DNA of 61,890 nt, filler included. It is 8 parts of 8 records of this genome, joined end to end, with 100 filler letters (N's around TTAATTAATTAA, not from the genome) between each part and the next. Parts side by side here need not be neighbours in the genome. Positions count along the whole stretch, not along the records: positions 1 to 5,103 come from SRR31156797_21242; positions 5,204 to 11,686 come from SRR31156797_21245; 6 more parts are not named here. One strand, given 5' to 3'. Each line of letters opens with the position of its first letter. Positions within the stretch are counted from its first letter, which is position 1. Position numbers and translations under genes: made by a program. Shown here one piece after another: positions 1 through 8,381 of the stretch. The notes beneath the pieces were generated by a model. That model made no database searches. It saw only the letters and a program-made list of their open reading frames with translations, and was not told the origin of the DNA.

Positions 1-1
1 C

Positions 2-1072
2 TATACGGCTCCGGCCGATAAAACCGGAACGGTCCTCATCCGGGCGGAAGACAGCTACGGGGGAAGCGCAACGGCGGAGATCGTCGTTGTATCGCAGGCG
101 GGCAGCCTACCCCTGACCCTCAGCCCCTCATCCATATCCCTCTACAAGGGAAAAGACGTCAGCTTCGAAGCGACAGGGGGTACAGGGGAATACAGCTTCA
201 CCCTGGCTCAGGCCATAGGCGGCGCGGGAGAGTCGCTCGCGGGCAGTACCTATACGGCTCCCACTGATACGGGAGGAACCGCCGTCGTCAGGGTTACGGA
301 CGGATTGGGGGACACCGCGGAGGCGACGGTCAGCGTGTCCTTCACCACCCCTACGGTCCCCGATGTGAACTACGGATCCCTCAGTATCAACAGCTCCGGC
401 AGCACCGAGGGAGGGGGAGATTTCAGCGGCTCCTTCAGCTTCAGCAATAACGGCGGTGACGACGGAAGCCGGACGATTACATGGATCGTCTATTATTCCA
501 CGGACACGTCGATAGGAAGCGGGGACACCATCGTTTCCCAGGGCGATCTGGCCGCACTGGGTGCGGGTAACGGGTCGGGGAGCATTCCCTTTTCAGGAAC
601 CTGGCCCTACCCCTCAAGCGATACGACCTACTACCTGATAGCCTCCGTCAGCGCCGAGGATGATGTGGACGGAAGCGATAATAGTATAAATACGGCCGTG
701 GCGCTGGAAGCTGTGGTGGAAAAGGATATCGACTATATTATCGCTGACGAGAGCATCTCCTATCCCTCTAACGTGGGCGATGAAGTGCGGGAAGGTTTCA
801 ATATATACAATACCGGAACGGTTGACGGCGGGGAGACCCTGAACTGGGGCCTCTATTACTCGGCGGACGAAGACTGGGACGGAGATGACGTGCTGATAAC
901 CGGCGGCAGCCGCGCGGCTCTGAATAAGGGGACATCTGTCTGGATCTCCTTCGGGGCCCCCTTATGGTCCTACCCAACGGGGACCTATTACCTGATTATC
1001 AGGGTTATGGCCGACGACGAGATAAACCAGACCAATAACTTCGCCAGCCACGGCCCCTTTGCGGTGAACTAA
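2..1072 (+). CDS. 5'-truncated extracellular/surface protein with Ig-like repeats and two C-terminal CARDB-like domains
   Basis: Frame is open from base 2, upstream of the called 305 start. It has a repeated YTAPxDxxGT..(I/V)RxxD unit, then two similar domains (NNGG..WIVYYSTD..TTYYLIA..DNS and NTGT..WGLYYSAD..GTYYLII..TNN). Confidence 0.6.
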   Translation, partial: YTAPADKTGTVLIRAEDSYGGSATAEIVVVSQAGSLPLTLSPSSISLYKGKDVSFEATGGTGEYSFTLAQAIGGAGESLAGSTYTAPTDTGGTAVVRVTDGLGDTAEATVSVSFTTPTVPDVNYGSLSINSSGSTEGGGDFSGSFSFSNNGGDDGSRTITWIVYYSTDTSIGSGDTIVSQGDLAALGAGNGSGSIPFSGTWPYPSSDTTYYLIASVSAEDDVDGSDNSINTAVALEAVVEKDIDYIIADESISYPSNVGDEVREGFNIYNTGTVDGGETLNWGLYYSADEDWDGDDVLITGGSRAALNKGTSVWISFGAPLWSYPTGTYYLIIRVMADDEINQTNNFASHGPFAVN

Positions 1073-1080
1073 AGGACACA

Positions 1081-1105
1081 GGGGCGGGGAGAACTCCCCC
1101 TCCCC
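1081..1105. terminator. GC-rich hairpin between convergent genes, possible terminator
   Basis: GGGGCGGGGA-GAAC-TCCCCCTCCCC imperfect inverted repeat; no clear U tract. Confidence 0.35.
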
Positions 1106-1116
1106 ATCCGCTTGGA

Positions 1117-1725
1117 TCAAACGGGCGCTACGGTTCTGCCGTAAACCTCGTTGAGCACCTGGGCCAGTCCGGCGTAGATGGCGGACAAACCGCAGAAAAT
1201 GCCCTCGAAACCGGTGATGGTCTTGATGACGGCATTGTCGGTGATATCCCCCAGAGCCAGGAGGAAGAAGAGGAGGGTCAGGGATCCGAATACGATCTGC
1301 AGGGACCGGTTCAGTTTCAGTGTTCCGATAAACAGAACGCCCGTAAACAGGCCCCACATGATAAGGTAGGCCACCATCGCCGTTAGCGAGGGAGCCTCTC
1401 CCAGTCCCATTCCGGGCATAAGCTTGATCCCCACAAGGGAGAGCCAGAAGAAACCGTAGGAGGTGAAAGCGGTGGTTCCGAAGGTGTTTCCCTTCTTCCA
1501 TTCCATGATTCCGGCGATCACCTGAGCCATACCGCCGTAGAAGATGCCCATGGCCAGGATCATGTCTCCCAGGCCGAAGAATCCCGCGTTGTGCAGGTTA
1601 AGAAGGACGGTGGTCATTCCGAATCCCATCAGCCCCAGAGGTGCGGGATTGGCGGTATGGTCCAGAGAGGACGCGGTGACATGCAGATTTTCAGCCTGCC
1701 GCGCAGAGTCTAGTGTGTTGTTCAT
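1117..1725 (-). CDS. satP: Acetate/succinate uptake transporter, GPR1/FUN34/YaaH family
   Basis: Signature [28 protein letters not shown], six hydrophobic segments. ATG at 1725 with AGGA RBS preferred over the TTG at 1794. Confidence 0.92.
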   Translation of the reverse strand: MNNTLDSARQAENLHVTASSLDHTANPAPLGLMGFGMTTVLLNLHNAGFFGLGDMILAMGIFYGGMAQVIAGIMEWKKGNTFGTTAFTSYGFFWLSLVGIKLMPGMGLGEAPSLTAMVAYLIMWGLFTGVLFIGTLKLNRSLQIVFGSLTLLFFLLALGDITDNAVIKTITGFEGIFCGLSAIYAGLAQVLNEVYGRTVAPV

Positions 1726-1961
1726 AGTGTTCCTGTAAGATTTGAAATTTTGATCACAATATAAAGGACTTGCCCCTTTTGGGATAGTAAGCAAAGGGAA
1801 AATCCGGGATGAGGCGAACTGATTTCACATGGGGAAGGACCTGAGGCGGGGCATTATCGCTGTAGGCCTATATAGAGATAGTTTTATAAATAAAGCTTTG
1901 CTCAATAATCTTTTGACTGATGTTATCCAAGCACTTACAATGGTAGAAAGAGGTGGATCCC

Positions 1962-3263
1962 ATGAATAGATTATTCGTTCCCCTTTTCCCTCTCCTGCTG
2001 ATCCTCTTGCTTTGCGGCTGTGCTCCGAGGACTGCGGAAAATCTGGCAAAAAAAGGCGGCTCTCCCCAGACGGATGAAACCAGCGGGGCCTCCGCTGTCG
2101 TGCTGGGGAGGGATATGGCCAAATGGACCGAGGCCTACCCCCTTCAGGCTGCCAGCAATGAACTGAACCACATAGAAAAATCATCCCCCACAGGCTACAA
2201 CGGAAGCGTCCCCTTCCAGCGCTGGGACCTGACCCCCGAGATCGTTATCAACTTCGACGGCATCGCCTTCAGCAAAGATTACAAAGAGGACAGGGGCCAT
2301 GTCTTCGCCTGGGACGACATCTTTGAGACGGCGCGGACCTCGGAAAAATCGCCGGGAGCCTGCATCACCTGCAAAACCTCGGCTATTGAGCCCATCTTCG
2401 AAGAGCTCGGCTGGGAGTTCGCCTCCATGAGGATGTACGACTTTGAAGAATCCGGCCATGCGGGAATCGACTGCCTGAGCTGCCATGACGAGGAGACCCA
2501 TCATCTGACGGTCACCCAGCCGGCCTTTATTGAGGCGCTTGAGATGATCGGCCGCCCCCTGGACAAGGCGACCGAGCAGGATATGAGAAGCTACGTCTGC
2601 GCCCAGTGCCACTCGGAATACTACTTCGAACCGGGTACGACAAAGGTCATCTTCCCCTGGGCCAACGGCCTGTCCCCGGAAGAGATGTACGCCTACTACC
2701 AGGAGGAGCCCTCAGGGTTCACCGGAGACTATACCAACGGCTTCTCGAAGACGAGACTGGTAAAGGCCCAGCACCCGGACTACGAGATGTTCCAGTCGGG
2801 GATCCATTCCGCCGCAGGCGCCAGCTGTGCGGACTGCCATATGCCCCGGATAAGGGTACGGAATGCGGAAGGAAAGGACGAGACCATCACCCAGCACTGG
2901 ATCACCAGCCCCCTCCATACCATAGGAGACTCCTGCCTGGGATGCCATCAGGGCAAGAGCGAGGCCTGGCTGCTGGAACGGGTGGAGTATATACAGGATT
3001 CGGTTTTCGCCAGCCTCCGCAGAGCGGGGCTCGCCATCGAAGAGGCGCATAAGATCATGGAAAAGGCGTACAGGGACGGTATTGCCGAATCGTCTATAGC
3101 GGAGGCGCAGCAGATCCTGAGAGAGGCCCAGTGGTACTGGGACTTTACGGCCAGCGCCAACTCCACTGGATTCCATAACTCAGAACTGGCCCACGGCAAT
3201 CTGAGCCTGGCGACCGACCTGGCCCACAAGTCTATCGCCGCCATCCTGAAGGCCTATCTGTAG
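1962..3263 (+). CDS. nrfA: Pentaheme ammonia-forming cytochrome c nitrite reductase (c552), predicted lipoprotein
   Basis: CITCK (Lys-ligated heme 1) plus CLSCH, CAQCH, CADCH, CLGCH; diagnostic KAQHPDYE and CAQCHSEYYF; N-terminal lipobox-like LLCGC. ATG at 1962 follows GAGGTGG. Confidence 0.93.
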   Translation: MNRLFVPLFPLLLILLLCGCAPRTAENLAKKGGSPQTDETSGASAVVLGRDMAKWTEAYPLQAASNELNHIEKSSPTGYNGSVPFQRWDLTPEIVINFDGIAFSKDYKEDRGHVFAWDDIFETARTSEKSPGACITCKTSAIEPIFEELGWEFASMRMYDFEESGHAGIDCLSCHDEETHHLTVTQPAFIEALEMIGRPLDKATEQDMRSYVCAQCHSEYYFEPGTTKVIFPWANGLSPEEMYAYYQEEPSGFTGDYTNGFSKTRLVKAQHPDYEMFQSGIHSAAGASCADCHMPRIRVRNAEGKDETITQHWITSPLHTIGDSCLGCHQGKSEAWLLERVEYIQDSVFASLRRAGLAIEEAHKIMEKAYRDGIAESSIAEAQQILREAQWYWDFTASANSTGFHNSELAHGNLSLATDLAHKSIAAILKAYL

Positions 3264-4042
3264 CTGTGGAGACCGCTCAAAAGATAGTTGACTCCGAAGA
3301 ACGTGAAGAGTGTGGAAAGAAAGCCGGTCACCGCTATCCACGCGCTCAGGCGTATGCTCTTCTTCCGGAAAATCCTGAAGTGGAGATAGAGAGAGTAAAA
3401 TAGCCAGGTGATCAGCGCCCAGGTCTCCTTGGGATCCCAGGACCAGAATCGTCCCCAGGCCGCCTCGGCCCAGATGGCTCCGAAGATCAGGGCCCCCACA
3501 GTAAATACGGGATAGCCCGCCAGGACGGCCTGATAGGTCAAACGGTCGTAAAGCGCCCTTTTCTCATCGTCCCTGCTCAGCAGCACCGCCAGAGCCGTTA
3601 CGAAGGAAAATGCGAAGAAGGCCTCACCAATGAACGAGAAGGCCACATGCAGTATAAGCCAGCCCGACTGGAGCGCCGGGACGGGAGGCTTCATCTCTTT
3701 CGAAACAAGGGGGGACGAGGCGATCAGCAGGAAGGTCAGGGCTGTCATGGTCAGAAAGAACTGAAGGGCGGGGAAAATCCCTATCCTCTTCTGAAGGCCG
3801 TAGAGGCCCGAGAGCACAAGGATGCACAGGCCGTAGAAGAGCAGGGATTCAAAGGTCCCGGTAAGAGCGACGAAACGGATCTGCAGCGACCTGTGTATCA
3901 GGACGATCAGCAGAAACAGAGCCCCGCTGAGGTTCAGAACGGGGACGAGTCCCCTCCTCCTCAATCCCCCGAAAAACAGAGCGCATCCCTGGAGGCTGAC
4001 CGAAAGCCCGATCCATATGTACGTAAAAGCCGTGAATGTCAT
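3254..4042 (-). CDS. ccsA: System II cytochrome c biogenesis protein CcsA/ResC
   Basis: WGRFWSWDPKETWA (WWD motif); conserved His in LHVAF, LYLHF and C-terminal GLHSY. Confidence 0.93.
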   Translation of the reverse strand: MTFTAFTYIWIGLSVSLQGCALFFGGLRRRGLVPVLNLSGALFLLIVLIHRSLQIRFVALTGTFESLLFYGLCILVLSGLYGLQKRIGIFPALQFFLTMTALTFLLIASSPLVSKEMKPPVPALQSGWLILHVAFSFIGEAFFAFSFVTALAVLLSRDDEKRALYDRLTYQAVLAGYPVFTVGALIFGAIWAEAAWGRFWSWDPKETWALITWLFYSLYLHFRIFRKKSIRLSAWIAVTGFLSTLFTFFGVNYLLSGLHSYR

Positions 4043-4776
4043 GCCTTTCTCCTTTTTTGAATGAGCGTAACCATCAGCCCCGTCGTAATCAGCAGGAAGG
4101 AGACGAGGATGTAGGGCTTCCCTGGATCTGAAGCGATGGTCAGGACCGGGGCGTACTCCCCCACCCTGTTGGAAGGACGGTATCCGGTCTGATAGATCAC
4201 AAGCCCGTCGATCCTCAGGGGGCGGTTGACGGCGATCTCATGCGCCTCCCCCCCGCCTTCGGGAGACTCGCTTACGATGACACGGGAGATCCAGCTTTTC
4301 GGCCTTCCGTCCGGATACTGTTCATAGATAAACTCCCTCAGGATCATATAGCGGCCGCTGGGAAGCTGTATACCACCTCCCGGCCTCAGAGAGACAGAGC
4401 CTTCCCGGCTTGATCCGAAACTGAACAGGGAGGCCAGGATCAATATCAGCAGCCCCAGATGCAGGATGTCGGGACCGAACTGCTTCGGTCCCCGCCGTTT
4501 GATTTGGGTGATAAAGCGCCTGAGGGTACAGCTGAAGAGGTTGATCCAGAACAGCCCCAGAAGGATGAGAAAAGGAAGGGAAGAGAAAAAATGGTCATAC
4601 CCCGTGGCCAGGATGAGCCTTCCCAGAGAGGGATAGGCGCTGGTATAAAGCCCGCCGGCCTGATTCTGGATGATCAGGGTGGCCGGGATAACGGCGAGGA
4701 TGATCAGAACGAGGATGACCACCGTCAGCCTCAGAGAGCTGAGATGTTTCAGGATTTTCCATAGAACGGTCTTCAT
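4039..4776 (-). CDS. resB: System II cytochrome c biogenesis protein ResB/Ccs1 (short form)
   Basis: LSSLRLTV N-terminus, NLFSCT, DILHLGL, EIAVNRPL..G..IYQTGY, DPG motifs; overlaps ccsA start (ATGA). Confidence 0.85.
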   Translation of the reverse strand: MKTVLWKILKHLSSLRLTVVILVLIILAVIPATLIIQNQAGGLYTSAYPSLGRLILATGYDHFFSSLPFLILLGLFWINLFSCTLRRFITQIKRRGPKQFGPDILHLGLLILILASLFSFGSSREGSVSLRPGGGIQLPSGRYMILREFIYEQYPDGRPKSWISRVIVSESPEGGGEAHEIAVNRPLRIDGLVIYQTGYRPSNRVGEYAPVLTIASDPGKPYILVSFLLITTGLMVTLIQKRRKA

Positions 4777-4947
4777 CAACAGGCAACACCTTCGGCAGTA
4801 AAAGATCTACCTCAAATGATCAGCCATTTCCCGTGTCAATGCAATCTGTTTCATAAAACTCATCCCGAAGATCTGCAGAATCGTATAGGCCTGCGGAATA
4901 GTTTCAGGGACCGCAGGGGGGGAATGAACCGGATGTCGTCACCCGAT

Positions 4948-5103
4948 TCAGGGATCTCTTATCTCAAGATAGCTATCCCCCGGGGGCGTATCCGCCGCGA
5001 TGCTGTTCAGATAGCCCTGTAGGAACCCTCCCTTTCCATCAAAGACCTCATTCAGCTCCTGCACCATACCAGGCGGATTATCTTCCTCCCGGCCGGCAAA
5101 GAA
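4948..5103 (-). CDS. C-terminal fragment of an unknown protein, truncated by contig end
   Basis: Longest minus-strand frame open from the contig end (FFAGREEDNPPG..EIRDP*); no recognisable motif. Confidence 0.3.
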   Translation of the reverse strand, partial: FFAGREEDNPPGMVQELNEVFDGKGGFLQGYLNSIAADTPPGDSYLEIRDP

Positions 5104-5203
5104 NNNNNNNNNNNNNNNNNNNNNNNNNNNNNNNNNNNNNNNNNNNNTTAATTAATTAANNNNNNNNNNNNNNNNNNNNNNNNNNNNNNNNNNNNNNNNN
5201 NNN
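5104..5203. other. Artificial contig linker
   Basis: 44 N + TTAATTAATTAA (stops in all six frames) + 44 N; base composition changes across it. Confidence 0.99.
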
Positions 5204-6166
5204 ATCGGCCCAGTCGGCTTTTGGAGAAAGCTGGGCAGCCGCTGAAACAGCGCACGAAGTTTCAGTCATGCAACCAATCATTACTTTCATTTGATTTGAA
5301 TGTGCAAGATTTACCATTTTATGTGCTTCGCGCATTCCCGTACATTTCATAAGTTTGATATTGATCCCTGAATAAATACCCAATGTTTTTTTTATATCGA
5401 CGAGGCGCTGAACAGCTTCGTCGGCAATAACCGGAAGGGGTGAGTTCTGAGTCAGCCAGGCAATATCATCTATTTGCTCCTTTGGCATTGGTTGTTCAAC
5501 AAATTCAATTCCTTTATCTTTTAACCAATAAATCATGTCAAGTGCCTTTTGCTTGTCTGTCCAACCCTGATTAACGTCAACGCAAAGCGATGCATCTGAA
5601 ACTGAACGAATGGCTTTAATAATTTCTTTGTCATTTTCGCGGCCTAATTTTACTTTCAGGATTTTAAACCGGCTGGCCTCTGCTACTTTTTGTTTTACAA
5701 TTTCAGTTTTATCAATTCCAATTGTAAACGAAGTGTTAGGTGTTTTTTCAGGTGAAAATCCCCAGATTTTATACCAGGGCTGATTCATTAATTTTCCTGT
5801 TAAATCGTGTAAGGCAATATCAACAGAAGCTTTTGCCGCATAATTTTTAGGTGCCGATTCTTCAACATATTCAAGAATTTCATCCATTCGAAAAGGATCG
5901 GTAAACTGGCTAATGTTTAACTGCGACAAAAACTCAGCTGCAGTTTGTTGGGTCTCTCCTAAATAGGGAGGCATTGAGGCTTCTCCATAACCGGTAATTC
6001 CATCGTAATCAATTTTAGTTAGCATTACCGGAGTAGTCGATCGGGAACTGTTTGCCAACGTAAAAACATGCTTCAGTTGTAAATTATAAGGCTCAAAACT
6101 TAGTTTTAAACCTGTTACTGGTAATTTTCCTTTCATTTGCGAAAATGTTAAATCCGGAAGTGTCAA
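5204..6166 (-). CDS. L-Ala-D/L-Glu dipeptide epimerase (enolase superfamily), 3'-truncated, N-terminal leader disrupted
   Basis: KILKVKLG, DVNQGW, EQP, ADE, NIKLMKCTG, GCMTE motifs; adjacent to an NlpC/P60 gene as in ykfB-ykfC pairs. Confidence 0.9.
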
Positions 6167-6248
6167 ACCTCCGAACGTGAAAAATGTCGTTTTTTTTTAT
6201 AAAATCCCTACCGTTTTGGACATTTTATTACTTGTGTGTTTTTTAGGC

Positions 6249-7409
6249 TTAATACCACGGATGTTCCTTTAATTGTTGAATACCTGAACTTGTTGAGCCT
6301 ATAATTCTTCTGGCACGAACAAATGTTTTTTTCCGATGCTCCGAATAAATCTTACTGGCCGAATCAAAACTATTTTGTTTTATCCAGCCTGATGCATGAA
6401 TGTATTCCGTATTTCCAAATGAAAGAGCTACGTGTGTGACTCGTTCTTTATTCTTATTTGAAGCTTTACTCCCAAAGAACAACAAATCGCCAGGTTCGAG
6501 ATTGTTGTATGTTGAGTCGACTTCAATTAGATTTCCATGATTGGTTTGTAAAGATGCATCACGGGCCAGAATAATTCCGTTCATAAAATATACGGTTTTA
6601 ACAAATCCGCTGCAGTCCATGCCATATGCCGATGTTCCTCCCCAAAGGTAAGATCGCCCGATGAGCCTTTTTGCCTGTACAATTAATTGTTCGGGAATGG
6701 GTTGAACTGTTTCCTTAAAATCTTTAAAATCACTCCAGTTGTTCTTTTTTACAAACCCGGTTCTTCCATCGGGGAACTGAACTTTGATCCAGTTCCAACC
6801 TTCTTCTATATTTTGTAAAATGCTTCCTAAAGTTACATCAGAAACCTGATTTTCCAGCAGATTTGTTTGGAAAATCAAGTCATTTTCCAAAAGACAGATT
6901 ACCCGGTTTGAATTTTTCCAGGCTATGAATTCCAATTCTGAAACCGGAAATATTCCGGCTTCATCAACCCAGGAAATATAATTATCGGGAGTTTGTATAA
7001 AATACCAGCCTTCTTCTTTTTTTAAGATTTTCACCGGAGTCCCCAATATTGCCTGCGTTACAATTTCTGAAGCATGAGACTTCGATGCCCGTAAATTTGC
7101 AACCGATACATTTACTAAAGCAAAAGGTTTTTCCCCAACCGTAGTATCGGGTAAAAGTGTAATTTCATCGTTAAAATCAAAATCTGTTAATTCAGCTACA
7201 AGTTGTTTTTTTAATTCAGGATTACTGGTTTCGCCATGTAAAACAATTTCTCCGTTATTATACACAGTCTCAACATTAAAAATAACTTCCCGTTTGTCAG
7301 GAACATTATTGTTTTCGAAAGATCTGATAACCTGTTCAACTTGGTCTCTTTTCCCAATATTACAAGAGATAAGAAACAGAAAAATTATAAAACCGGATAT
7401 TTTTTTCAT
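6249..7409 (-). CDS. YkfC-like gamma-D-glutamyl-diamino-acid endopeptidase lipoprotein (SH3b domains + NlpC/P60)
   Basis: Lipobox LISC; YLWGGTS..GMDCSGF, PGDLLFFG, THVA, YIHASG catalytic Cys-His-His pattern. Confidence 0.9.
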   Translation of the reverse strand: MKKISGFIIFLFLISCNIGKRDQVEQVIRSFENNNVPDKREVIFNVETVYNNGEIVLHGETSNPELKKQLVAELTDFDFNDEITLLPDTTVGEKPFALVNVSVANLRASKSHASEIVTQAILGTPVKILKKEEGWYFIQTPDNYISWVDEAGIFPVSELEFIAWKNSNRVICLLENDLIFQTNLLENQVSDVTLGSILQNIEEGWNWIKVQFPDGRTGFVKKNNWSDFKDFKETVQPIPEQLIVQAKRLIGRSYLWGGTSAYGMDCSGFVKTVYFMNGIILARDASLQTNHGNLIEVDSTYNNLEPGDLLFFGSKASNKNKERVTHVALSFGNTEYIHASGWIKQNSFDSASKIYSEHRKKTFVRARRIIGSTSSGIQQLKEHPWY

Positions 7410-7578
7410 TTTGAATACAGGTATTTTATGGTAAAGCTTTAATTATAGTACAAATATCTATACTCCTTGTACTTTATTGAAAATCGTTAGTTTTAGGTCA
7501 AAATCCCAATAATTCATCTACTTTTGAGCTGGAAACAAAGATAAAAAAGAATACGATACAAATTCGAAACATTTGTCA

Positions 7579-8271
7579 ATGGAAAAGCCTTTTGAAATAC
7601 CTGTTTTGTATGAAGATGAACATTTAATAGTGGTAAATAAACCAGTAAATCTTCCTGTTCATAAAAATGATTTTATGCCACACGATGCACCATATTTAAC
7701 CAAGCTTTTAGGTGATTCTACTGAAAAATGGATTTATAATGTTCATCGTTTAGATTCCAAGACATCAGGAATTATTGTGTTGGCTTTTTCATCGGAAATT
7801 GCCCATGAACTTGCGATGCAATTTGAACGAAAAGAAGTAGCTAAAACTTATTTTGCTGTTGTTCAGGGTAATCCGGGAGAAGGAAGTTTCGACAGGAAAG
7901 TTTTAGTGAAAAAGAAGTCAAAATTCAAAAAACCGGCAGTTACACATTTTAAAACGTTGGAAACTGTTCAAACCCAGATTTCATATAAAGAAAAAGAAAA
8001 CGTGAAATTAAGCCTGGTTGAAATTACACCGGAAACCGGTCGGTGGCACCAGATAAGGCAGCATTTTGCACAAAACCGTTTCGACATTGTTGGTGATATA
8101 CATCACGGAGATTTTACATTGAATAAAATAATTACTGAAAAAACGGAAAGCAAAAGGTTGCTACTTCATGCAGGAAAACTGGAATTTGAACATCCGGCAA
8201 AAAAAGAAAAAGTGACCTTTGAATGCAAATTGCCAAATGAGATGGAAACTGTGATGGCATTTTTTCGATGA
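7579..8271 (+). CDS. RluA/TruC-family RNA pseudouridine synthase
   Basis: VVNKP, VHRLDSKTSG catalytic Asp, TGRWHQIRQH, LLLHA. Confidence 0.92.
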   Translation: MEKPFEIPVLYEDEHLIVVNKPVNLPVHKNDFMPHDAPYLTKLLGDSTEKWIYNVHRLDSKTSGIIVLAFSSEIAHELAMQFERKEVAKTYFAVVQGNPGEGSFDRKVLVKKKSKFKKPAVTHFKTLETVQTQISYKEKENVKLSLVEITPETGRWHQIRQHFAQNRFDIVGDIHHGDFTLNKIITEKTESKRLLLHAGKLEFEHPAKKEKVTFECKLPNEMETVMAFFR

Positions 8272-8381
8272 ATTCTTGATGGCATTCAACTTTTATCCCG
8301 ATGAATTGTAATTAAACTAAAAGGTAACTTCAAATATTGGTTATATTTGAAATACTATGCTTAATAGTAAAATGAGTTGTG

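Noticed and set aside
962-4764. Many 60-180 aa overlapping ORFs in the GC-rich contig (e.g. 962-1501, 2606-3052, 2712-3176)
   Set aside because: Shadow frames of well-supported genes; expected at high GC and carrying no motifs.
5148-5159. TTAATTAATTAA recurring seven times, as a biological repeat or CRISPR-like unit
   Set aside because: Always centred in exactly 44 + 44 N; it is an assembly spacer with stops in all frames.
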